Shown here: in pieces, positions 42,743 through 50,137 of the stretch
Layout: each line of letters begins with the position of its first letter
Numbering within the stretch: position 1 is the stretch's first letter
NCBI GenBank assembly: GCA_919902675.1
Contig: CAKKRH010000001.1
Span: 64,003 to 128,002, forward strand
Source: Omnitrophica bacterium GWA2_41_15
GTDB lineage: Bacteria > Omnitrophota > Gorgyraeia > Gygaellales > UBA12090
Length of the DNA: 64,000 nucleotides
Direction: 5' to 3'
Position numbers and translations under genes: made by a program
Notes under the pieces: model-generated
The model's database searches: none
What the model saw: the letters and a program-made list of their open reading frames with translations, nothing else
What the model was told of the DNA's origin: nothing

Positions 42743-43930
42743 GTGATAAATTTTAAAGAAGAATTATCCGCGCTGGAAGCCAAAGGCTTAAGGCGCAGGA
42801 TGCGCTTTGCCTCTTCGGCCTGCGGCAGGCAGATCATTATTGACGGCAAAAAGCTCTTAAACTTCTGCTCTAATAATTATCTGGGGCTAGCTAATGACTC
42901 CCGCCTGAAAAAAGCGGCAATCGCGGCAATCAATAGGTTCGGAACAGGCTCAGGGGCCTCGCGATTGGTTTCCGGCAGTAACATTTCGCATAAGCGTTTA
43001 GAAGAAAAACTGGCGGATTTTAAGAAACAGGAAGCCTGTTTAGTTTATCCCAGCGGTTACAGCGCCAATTTGGGGATTATTTCCGCGTTGGCGGGCAGGG
43101 GTGATATTGTCTTTTCTGATCGCCTGAATCACGCCTCCATTATTGACGGAATTATCTTAAGCCGGGCCCAACTGGTGAGGTATCCGCATAAAGATATTAA
43201 AGAATTAGAAAGACTTCTGGAGCGTAACAACGCCGCTGTAGGGGCAGACCTCTGTGTCTGCCCGAAACAGCGCCAGAAAAAACTGATAGTTACCGACAGC
43301 TTATTCAGTATGGACGGAGATATTGCCCCGCTTCCGGAGCTTTCGCGTTTAGCCGAGAAATACGATTGCCTGTTGATGATTGATGAAGCCCACTCAACCG
43401 GAGTTTTGGGTAAGAGCGGCAGAGGGGCTTTGGAACACTTCGGCCTCAAGGCCGATAAGCGGATAATCCAGATGGGCACCTTGAGTAAGGCCTTAGGAGG
43501 CTTGGGGGGTTTTGTCTGCGGGAGCCGGGATTTGATTGACTATTTAGTTAACCGCTCGCGCTCTTTTATCTTTAGCACCGCCTTGCCCGCGGCCCTCTGC
43601 GCCAGCGCCTTAGAGGCTGTCAAAATAATTGAAAAAGATAAATCGCGTATCCAGCGGCTTAAAGAGAATGCCGACTTTTTGCGCGATGGCCTGCGCTCAT
43701 TAGGCTTTGATACTTTAAATTCTCAAACCCCGATTATCCCTATTCTCACCCAAGACCCCCGCCGGACAATGGAATTAAGCCAAAAGCTGTTTGAAAAAGG
43801 CATCTTTGTCCAGGGCATCCGTCCGCCGGCTGTTCCCGATAACCTCTGCCGCCTCAGGGTTACGGCGATGGCAACACATACCAAGAAGGATTTGGAGTTC
43901 GCCTTAAGTGTATTTAAAGAGATAAGATAA
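42743..43930 (+). CDS. bioF: 8-amino-7-oxononanoate synthase
   Basis: DEAHSTGVLG and TLSKALG (PLP lysine). Start chosen at GTG 42743, behind a GGAAGGAG RBS; the track ORF starts at TTG 42725. Confidence 0.85.
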   Translation: MINFKEELSALEAKGLRRRMRFASSACGRQIIIDGKKLLNFCSNNYLGLANDSRLKKAAIAAINRFGTGSGASRLVSGSNISHKRLEEKLADFKKQEACLVYPSGYSANLGIISALAGRGDIVFSDRLNHASIIDGIILSRAQLVRYPHKDIKELERLLERNNAAVGADLCVCPKQRQKKLIVTDSLFSMDGDIAPLPELSRLAEKYDCLLMIDEAHSTGVLGKSGRGALEHFGLKADKRIIQMGTLSKALGGLGGFVCGSRDLIDYLVNRSRSFIFSTALPAALCASALEAVKIIEKDKSRIQRLKENADFLRDGLRSLGFDTLNSQTPIIPILTQDPRRTMELSQKLFEKGIFVQGIRPPAVPDNLCRLRVTAMATHTKKDLEFALSVFKEIR

Positions 43931-43980
43931 TGGCCTATGCCGCGCCTACCGTCAGGCAGGCATAAGTTGTGGCCTCATTA

Positions 43981-43992
43981 GAAAGCGCTTTC
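43981..43992. promoter_or_regulatory. Perfect 12-bp palindrome GAAAGCGCTTTC (candidate operator), copy 2 of 2
   Basis: Identical to 1182..1193 and lies in the same conserved upstream block. Confidence 0.6.
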
Positions 43993-44032
43993 CTGAAACC
44001 CCTGTTTTGCCCTGTTTTTTGGTCAATTCATA

Positions 44033-44041
44033 TGGTATATT
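44033..44041 (+). promoter_or_regulatory. Extended -10 element TGgTATATT for giant gene 2
   Basis: The -10 ends 12 nt before ATG 44054, implying a very short leader. The same 9-mer serves the abiE promoter at 15554..15562. Confidence 0.5.
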
Positions 44042-44053
44042 TTAAGTAGCCAT

Positions 44054-47000
44054 ATGTCTACCAGATTGATCAAACTTATATCTTCTTTTCTCTCTTTCTG
44101 CCTAATTTTTGAGCATGGTGTTTTTGCTCAGAGTATAGACCTCTCGCATTATTTTGCCCATAGTCCTGCTCAAGCAATTCCCCAGAGTGATAAATTCCGC
44201 CCCTTACATTTAAGGTATATCTCCTATGACAGCCAGGCTAATGATTTCAAACTGCTCTTAGATAAAGGTGACTTTATGAAGGGACTGTCCCCGAAGGTAA
44301 CTGTCCCTGATGAGAGACTACAAGAGGAAACCCAAACCCTGATGAAATATTTCTTTATCGTCCTATCCTTGCCCAATGAGAAGTTCTGGGTCAACCTGAG
44401 GCCGGATTCTCCGGATAATATCTTAGATCCGGACCTGGAGAAGACAGACATCGGAAGGATATTTTTGGAAGCTGATGTCCAGCTAAAGAAAGACACCGCA
44501 GGAATGACCTCACCTCAAACCCCGGAAGGCAAGGTCTATTGGGATAAGCTCTATAAGAAGGCAGGGGAATTATTCGGCAGCGAAAACATCACCATCCCCA
44601 CCCTAACCCGGCCCTGGATAGTGCCCAATGAGATAATCATCCGAGAAGCCCCGGATAATGCCTATATCTATAAGGCCACCCTCAAAGTAATGCTGGAGGA
44701 AGACTATCTCAAGGGCTATCAGCCTTCAGCCTTCAGCTCTCAGCAATCTAGCCCAAACTTCCAACCTCTAACTTCAAACTACAGTTTCTCTGACCCCAGG
44801 TTAAAGGAACTTAATAAGTATTCTACCCAGCTGATCAAGGAAACAATCATCCCGAAGCTCACCTATGCGGTGAACACCTCAAAGAGATACGCCCCCTTAA
44901 GGCAGGTGTATTATTCACTGATCCTGGCCCAGTGGTTTAAACAAAAATATGGTCCCCAGTCCCCGGTCTCGGGTCTGCGGTCAGCAGAGCAAAATAATCC
45001 CTATATCAAGCTTATAGATTCCGGCAGCCTAACCTCAAACTTCCAACTTCTAACTTCCCAAAGTCCTTATTCTAAAGAGACCTACTTCCAGCAATACCAG
45101 AAGTCATTTAAGGACGGCGAATACAACCTCCAGGAGCCGGTGTATACGCCAATGGGGCAGAGTATCAGGAGGTATATAAGCGGGGGGATGCAGATAGATT
45201 GTTCTTCGGCGATTGAGGCAGGAAAAATAAAGGCTACCCTAAAGCCATTTTTCAGTAAAATATCCTTGCCGTTTTTTATTGCAGTAACCGCTATCTACTC
45301 AAGCATAGTTTTTAAAGAAAAAATTAAGCCAAATCCTAAGGTAGTAAAAGAATTGATTTCGGCAATAAATGAAAAAGGCGGAAAAATAAATTTTGCTGAT
45401 TATATGTCTATATGCCTATATGGCGATGGAGGATATTATACCAGCGGAACAGTAAATATAGGTGATGGGAGAGTTAATGGTCAGCGATATAAAGGCGATT
45501 TCAGCACTTTTCCGGAAAGTTCTCCACATGCATTCGGCTATGGCCTTGCCGAAAAGATCTATGAAATGTGGAATAATATGGAGAACCCAAACAATTTCCA
45601 GGTAGTGGAAATGGGAGCCGGAAACGGAACAACGGCAAAAATTATTTTAGAATATATTCAGCAGAAATATCCTGAATTTATGAATAGTCTTACTTATACT
45701 ATAGTGGAAATAAGCCCGGCATTGATTGAGAGACAGAAGAAGACTATGCAAGGTATGGCTTATCCTGTAAGATGGATTTTAGGATCCGCAATAGAGATGC
45801 CGTTAAAGAATGTGGTGGGCGTATTTCTTTCTAATGAGCTTCCAGATGCTTTTCCTGTTCGCTTAGTAAGAAAAGACCCCAATGACAGGATAAAAGAAGT
45901 ATTCGTGACTTATAAGAATGGGGTTTTTATGGAAGAGCTCGGAGATATTTTAGACCCAGGAATTAATAAGTATATCAATATGTTGCGAAATAACACTATC
46001 TCAAATGAGGTAAAATATTTATTTTTAAAGAATACCCCTATAAATCTAAATATGATTAAATGGCAGAAAGATATTTATGATAGCCTTAAAAGAGGATACA
46101 TGATTACCTTCGATTACGGCTACAATGGTCCTGCTGGCGCGGGAGATCTCGGTTTACGTGTATACGGCGATAAGCATAAATTTAAATTCAGAGATTCGCT
46201 TCTAAATTCGGGGGAATACATTTATACTTTACCTGGTCAATTTGATATTACGGCAAATGTAAATCTCAAAACATTGCTACAGAATGGGGAAGAAAAAGGA
46301 TTTTCTGGCAGCCAATTAATTGAACAAGGAGAATTCTTTGCGCAAATCCCCGAAAAAGTATTTAAAGGGTATTTACAGGAAAGAGCAAATCTCGCGCATA
46401 AAGATTTTTATGTTCTTACGCAAGGTAAGGATGTTCTTCCAATAGGTTCATTGCCTGCGCGACAATCATTCTCCAGCTCGGCGGTGGAGGGAGGAGAGAA
46501 GAAATTAAGGGAATTGTTATCTAAGCATCCAAAACTGAAGATAGAGTATGACCTTTTTAAAGAGTTTGGGGTTGGCCTGGGAACTAATATTTTAGAAATT
46601 GGTATTGGATCTGAGCATAGAGGAACTGTAGCGGCGGCAATGGGAGCGCATTATCGTCAGTATGAAATATCAGGGGAGATATACGGATTCTCATTCAAAG
46701 AATACATTGATTCTATTGAAATCCCAGGATACAAATATGAGTTCCCTCTTAAGAATAATTTATCCAGCCATAATGGACATGTGGGTGAGGGAACATACAA
46801 TTATATCAGAGGTGAGTTTTCGGGAGGTAATAAATCAGTATCAAATAAGATTGGAAGAGAAGGCTATGTTGAGAACAAGAGTCAAGATATAATTATAGCA
46901 ATGACGGGAGCGTTATCCGACCCTATTCCAGAATCAAACGCACACGATGTTCTTAGAGAAATGTTACGAGTGCTCAAGCCGGGAGGAATGCTCGTGGTAG

Positions 47001-47620
47001 GAACTTACGGTTTATGGGGCAAGGATATAGGGTTGAGTATGCCGCATCCTGAATTGCATGGTTATGAATTTCATAAGTTTAGGAAAGTTGTGAGCGATGT
47101 ATTGAAAGAGCCTGAATGGAGAGGAAAGGTTTTGTTCTCTCAGAGGGAAGAGTTAAGCAGGCAGGATTTTGATCATTTTTTTTCCTTTGACGTATATAAG
47201 ATAGATTTTATCAATTCGTCTCCGTTTGAAAATAACAATAGTAATACGGTTAATAGTTCGTCAAGCTCACTATTAGCAAGTAGCGACAAAGGCGGCATTG
47301 ACTTCCACGCCCTGCCTATTCAAACCGAATCCGTTGCTTCGTCTGCTTTAGGTCTTTTTTCTGCTTTGGGCGCGTTTAAAGGCGATCTTGACGCCGAATG
47401 GTCCCAGATTCAAGCCATCTTTAACTCCGGGATCCGGCCGTCTATCCAGCGTTTGAGTGAATATACCGCCGCGGCCGCCGCCAGTCCTCTGGGCGAAGGT
47501 AAAATTGATCAGGTCAGGGTTATGCTTGCTGACATCCTGCGCCGCGATGAAGAAAGTCAAAAGTCCGCTCCCGCCGAAGAATCCTGCAAGCAGCTACTTA
47601 GACTGCTTGAATCGGGATAA
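44054..47620 (+). CDS. Giant signal-peptide multidomain protein, paralog of 1404..5639; centre holds a MidA/NDUFAF7-like methyltransferase and a second class I SAM methyltransferase
   Basis: MidA-like: YMSICLYGDGGYYTSG, GDFSTFPESSPHAFG, VVEMGAGNGT, FLSNELPDAFPV (aa 430-790). Second MTase: ILEIGIGSE, LRVLKPGGMLVVGTYG (aa 815-1050). N and C modules are shared with giant gene 1. Confidence 0.88.
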   Translation: MSTRLIKLISSFLSFCLIFEHGVFAQSIDLSHYFAHSPAQAIPQSDKFRPLHLRYISYDSQANDFKLLLDKGDFMKGLSPKVTVPDERLQEETQTLMKYFFIVLSLPNEKFWVNLRPDSPDNILDPDLEKTDIGRIFLEADVQLKKDTAGMTSPQTPEGKVYWDKLYKKAGELFGSENITIPTLTRPWIVPNEIIIREAPDNAYIYKATLKVMLEEDYLKGYQPSAFSSQQSSPNFQPLTSNYSFSDPRLKELNKYSTQLIKETIIPKLTYAVNTSKRYAPLRQVYYSLILAQWFKQKYGPQSPVSGLRSAEQNNPYIKLIDSGSLTSNFQLLTSQSPYSKETYFQQYQKSFKDGEYNLQEPVYTPMGQSIRRYISGGMQIDCSSAIEAGKIKATLKPFFSKISLPFFIAVTAIYSSIVFKEKIKPNPKVVKELISAINEKGGKINFADYMSICLYGDGGYYTSGTVNIGDGRVNGQRYKGDFSTFPESSPHAFGYGLAEKIYEMWNNMENPNNFQVVEMGAGNGTTAKIILEYIQQKYPEFMNSLTYTIVEISPALIERQKKTMQGMAYPVRWILGSAIEMPLKNVVGVFLSNELPDAFPVRLVRKDPNDRIKEVFVTYKNGVFMEELGDILDPGINKYINMLRNNTISNEVKYLFLKNTPINLNMIKWQKDIYDSLKRGYMITFDYGYNGPAGAGDLGLRVYGDKHKFKFRDSLLNSGEYIYTLPGQFDITANVNLKTLLQNGEEKGFSGSQLIEQGEFFAQIPEKVFKGYLQERANLAHKDFYVLTQGKDVLPIGSLPARQSFSSSAVEGGEKKLRELLSKHPKLKIEYDLFKEFGVGLGTNILEIGIGSEHRGTVAAAMGAHYRQYEISGEIYGFSFKEYIDSIEIPGYKYEFPLKNNLSSHNGHVGEGTYNYIRGEFSGGNKSVSNKIGREGYVENKSQDIIIAMTGALSDPIPESNAHDVLREMLRVLKPGGMLVVGTYGLWGKDIGLSMPHPELHGYEFHKFRKVVSDVLKEPEWRGKVLFSQREELSRQDFDHFFSFDVYKIDFINSSPFENNNSNTVNSSSSSLLASSDKGGIDFHALPIQTESVASSALGLFSALGAFKGDLDAEWSQIQAIFNSGIRPSIQRLSEYTAAAAASPLGEGKIDQVRVMLADILRRDEESQKSAPAEESCKQLLRLLESG
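44720..44782 (+). repeat. Nine heptamer-periodic units (63 nt) inside giant gene 2; ortholog of 2115..2177
   Basis: cagcctt cagcctt cagctct cagcaat ctagccc aaacttc caacctc taacttc aaactac. Confidence 0.75.
45025..45059 (+). repeat. Second heptamer tract (5 units ACYTCYA) in giant gene 2
   Basis: cagccta acctcaa acttcca acttcta acttccc; encodes SLTSNFQLLTSQ. Confidence 0.65.
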
Positions 47621-47758
47621 GTAAACAATTCTCTTGGCATTAACACAGTCTTTGGAATGTGGTATATCTGTTTCATTTAGTCTGCCTTTAGGTTGACCTA
47701 TTGAAACAAATCCGCCCCTTTTTCAGCGTGACATAAATAGGGATGAAAAAACGGGAAC

Positions 47759-47786
47759 TTGACACTCGTCTTTAAGTGTGATACTT
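47759..47786 (+). promoter_or_regulatory. Sigma70-type promoter of the TA cassette
   Basis: TTGACA (47759..47764), 16-nt spacer ending in tgtg, then ATACTT. A GGAGGTG RBS precedes ATG 47825. Confidence 0.5.
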
Positions 47787-47824
47787 TTGTAAATGTACGG
47801 TATAACCCATTCGGAGGTGAAAAT

Positions 47825-48037
47825 ATGTCGCCAGCAACAACAGTTATCTCTAAGGCATTACATTTAAAGCCATCGGAGCGTTTTTTCGTCATTGAGGCCT
47901 TAATAAAAAGCCTTGATAATCCTGATCCGGCAATTGATAAGGCTTGGGCTGTTGAGGCGGAAAAAAGGCTTAAGGCATATAAGTCTGGGAAGGCAAGAAC
48001 TGTTTCTTTTGAGGGGATGTTCGAGAAACATTCATGA
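47825..48037 (+). CDS. Addiction-module antitoxin (putative addiction module component family)
   Basis: 70 aa, ...LHLKPSERFFVIEALIKSLD..D..IDKAW..EAEKR...YKSGK. 4-nt overlap with the toxin gene. Confidence 0.7.
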   Translation: MSPATTVISKALHLKPSERFFVIEALIKSLDNPDPAIDKAWAVEAEKRLKAYKSGKARTVSFEGMFEKHS

Positions 48038-48324
48038 AAATCGAGATCCTTGAAATCGCCGGCAAGGAGTTTATATCCGCCAAAGAGTTCTACGAATTAG
48101 AACAGTCTGATTTAGGCGCCACATTTGAAAATGAGATAAAACATGCCTTGTTTCGTATACAACGCTATCCCACAGCTTGGTTATGCGAACGAAAAGAAAT
48201 CCGCCGTTATTTTGTCCATCGCTTCCCTTACAAAATTCTTTACTCAATTCAAAAGGAAATTATTATCGTCCTTGCCTTTGCCCATCTGCACAGAAAGCCT
48301 GAATATTGGATTGGCAGGATTTAG
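48034..48324 (+). CDS. RelE/ParE-family toxin
   Basis: 96 aa, ...RYFVHRFPYKILYSIQKEIIIVLAFAHLHRKPEYW, a typical ParE/RelE C-terminal core. Confidence 0.72.
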   Translation: MKIEILEIAGKEFISAKEFYELEQSDLGATFENEIKHALFRIQRYPTAWLCERKEIRRYFVHRFPYKILYSIQKEIIIVLAFAHLHRKPEYWIGRI

Positions 48325-48365
48325 ATCCCGCAAGCAAGCTCCTTAGACTGCTTGTATCGCTATCC
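48325..48365 (+). repeat. Direct repeat of the last 40 nt of giant gene 2 (47581..47620)
   Basis: atcccgcaagcaagctccttagactgcttgtatcgctatcc versus atcctgcaagca-gctacttagactgcttgaatcgggataa, about 31/35 identical over the core. Starts right after the toxin stop codon. Confidence 0.75.
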
Positions 48366-48422
48366 CATGCGCCCAGAAAAAGTCGGAAACCCACTTTGCG
48401 CGTTTCCTTAGCCGAGGCGGTG

Positions 48423-48591
48423 TTAAACCCGGAATTTGCAATAGTAATGGCATTCGCCGCCAAATAAGGGCGCATCTTCGTCAGAAAAAAGCGCTTACAT
48501 ACTAAAAGTATGCGCGCACTTTTTTCTGCCAAATCTACACCCTTCTTTGGCGCCCTCGGTGTCCGCATTCCTATTGCAAAATCCGGGTTAA
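48423..48591. repeat. Long imperfect palindrome of about 170 bp (MITE-like or structured RNA) with roughly 26-bp terminal inverted repeats
   Basis: Left end AACCCGGAATTTGCAATAGTAATG versus the reverse complement of the right end AACCCGGATTTTGCAATAGGAATG (22/24). Internal arms CCAAATAAGGG / CCAAAGAAGGG. Centre at about 48505. Confidence 0.6.
48482..48528 (+). terminator. Bidirectional rho-independent terminator at the core of the palindrome
   Basis: CAGAAAAAAGCGC...CATACT aaa AGTATG...GCGCacTTTTTTCTG, with an A6 run on the 5' side and a T6 run on the 3' side. Confidence 0.65.
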
Positions 48592-48618
48592 AGGGATATG
48601 AGCTAATCTGCAAGAGAT

Positions 48619-49323
48619 ATGAGAAGTGAAATTTTAGTCTTCATCCACGGCTGGGCCAGTGTGCCGGATATATGGGAAACGCAGAAGGAGTATTTTTCCA
48701 GAAATTATGAGGTAATTTTGCCGGATATAGGCCCGGCCCGGGATATTCAGGAAGCGGCGGGATTAGTCAGGGACGCGATTCAGGGTAGCGATGATTTTGT
48801 CCTGGCCGGCTGGTCCTTGGGGTGGCTGGCAGTCTTAGAGGGGCTTAAGAGTTTTTCTTTAAAGCCCAAGGCTGTGGTGGCGGTGAATTCTACCCCTAAA
48901 TTCTGCTCTCACGAATATCTGGGGGCAGGTTCCACCAAAACTCACCTGGATAAGATGATTCGGGATTGTAGGCGCGACCCGCGAAAAACTATGGAGAATT
49001 TTTATAAGGGTATGCTTACGGATAATGGAAAGAGTATGGCAAATAGTTTTCAATTTAAAAACATAGATTATAGCAAGCTGATGTATGGCTTGTCCATGCT
49101 TAGGGACGCTGATTATCGGGATTTTATCGGCACTATAGATATCCCGGCGCTGATTATTACCGGGGCAAGGGATAATATTTGTGTTCCCCAGGTATCCGAA
49201 TATATGCGTCAGAGGATTAAGCAGTCGGATTTAAAGGTTTTTGACTGCGGGCATCTGCCGTTTCTGGATAAGGCGGATGAATTTAATTCTGCCGTAGATG
49301 ATTTTATTAAAAAGTTAAAATGA
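48619..49323 (+). CDS. bioH: Pimeloyl-ACP methyl ester carboxylesterase (alpha/beta hydrolase)
   Basis: HGWA..., GWSLGW nucleophile elbow, C-terminal GHLPF. Adjacent to and overlapping bioC. Confidence 0.75.
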   Translation: MRSEILVFIHGWASVPDIWETQKEYFSRNYEVILPDIGPARDIQEAAGLVRDAIQGSDDFVLAGWSLGWLAVLEGLKSFSLKPKAVVAVNSTPKFCSHEYLGAGSTKTHLDKMIRDCRRDPRKTMENFYKGMLTDNGKSMANSFQFKNIDYSKLMYGLSMLRDADYRDFIGTIDIPALIITGARDNICVPQVSEYMRQRIKQSDLKVFDCGHLPFLDKADEFNSAVDDFIKKLK

Positions 49324-50069
49324 TTTCCACTCAAAAAATAAGAGATAACTTTTCCCGCAGCGCTGTTTATTACGAGAAATACGCGGATATTCAGCTCAAG
49401 CTTGCCCAGGAATTGCTTGAGGAAGTCATTGGTGGCGACTACACAGCGAATAAGGTTTTGGATATCGGCTGCGGCACCGGCTGGCTCTTGGCTGAATTAA
49501 AGAGATTCCTGCCCCAAGCTCGGCTCTGGGGCCTGGATATCAGCTTAGAGATGGCCCGTAAGACAAGGGAACGGTTTGCGGATGTCCTGGCCGGGGATGC
49601 CGTTTCTTTGCCGTTTAAGGACAATACACTGGACCTGGTTTTATCCAATGCCGTCTATCAATGGGTGGCGGATTTGGAGGCAGCCTTTAAAGAGGCGCGC
49701 CGGATTCTTCGGCCCGGAGGTTGTTTTATCTTCAATTGTTTCGGGGCCCGGACCTTGCGAGAACTGCGCCAGTGTTTCGGGATAGAGGAAACCTTTCTTC
49801 CTAAGGCGGAAGATATAAGAGAGGATCTGAGGGGGGCAGGTTTTTCCTGCCTGGAGTTTAAGGTCAGGGATTGCAACCGGAATTTTGATAATTTAGCCGA
49901 TATCTTAAGCTGGCTGAAATATATCGGGGTAAACCGGATTAATCAACATCAGGGGTTTTTAACCCCCTCCAGGCTGGCCAAGGCTGACCATTTCTACCGC
50001 GTTAACTTTCGCAGTAACGGCCAGGTCTATGCCACTTTTGAGGTTATCACGGTAAAGGTAAAGAAATAG
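49320..50069 (+). CDS. bioC: Malonyl-ACP O-methyltransferase
   Basis: NFSRSAVYYEKYADIQ, LDIGCGTGW. Confidence 0.82.
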   Translation: MISTQKIRDNFSRSAVYYEKYADIQLKLAQELLEEVIGGDYTANKVLDIGCGTGWLLAELKRFLPQARLWGLDISLEMARKTRERFADVLAGDAVSLPFKDNTLDLVLSNAVYQWVADLEAAFKEARRILRPGGCFIFNCFGARTLRELRQCFGIEETFLPKAEDIREDLRGAGFSCLEFKVRDCNRNFDNLADILSWLKYIGVNRINQHQGFLTPSRLAKADHFYRVNFRSNGQVYATFEVITVKVKK

Positions 50070-50070
50070 A

Positions 50071-50105
50071 TAGTTGGTAGTTAGAGGTTAGAAGTTGGTA
50101 GTTAG
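50071..50105. repeat. Five tandem heptamers WRGTTRG in the bioC-bioD spacer
   Basis: tagttgg tagttag aggttag aagttgg tagttag. The reverse complement (ctaacta ccaactt ctaacct ...) matches the CYAACYW units inside the giant genes. Confidence 0.75.
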
Positions 50106-50137
50106 AAAGCGAAAAAATAGTTCTTATAAATAAAGAG

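Noticed and set aside
48263-48613. 116-aa minus-strand ORF between the toxin gene and bioH
   Set aside because: It runs through the 170-bp palindrome, the terminator and the duplicated giant-gene 3' end. The open frame is most simply a by-product of the palindromic sequence.
48560-48618. Possible BirA/bio operator upstream of bioH (and upstream of bioD at 50070..50137)
   Set aside because: I found no TGTAAACC/TGTTAAC-type inverted repeat at the appropriate 14-16 bp spacing. The symmetric sequences here belong to the 170-bp palindrome and the heptamer array.
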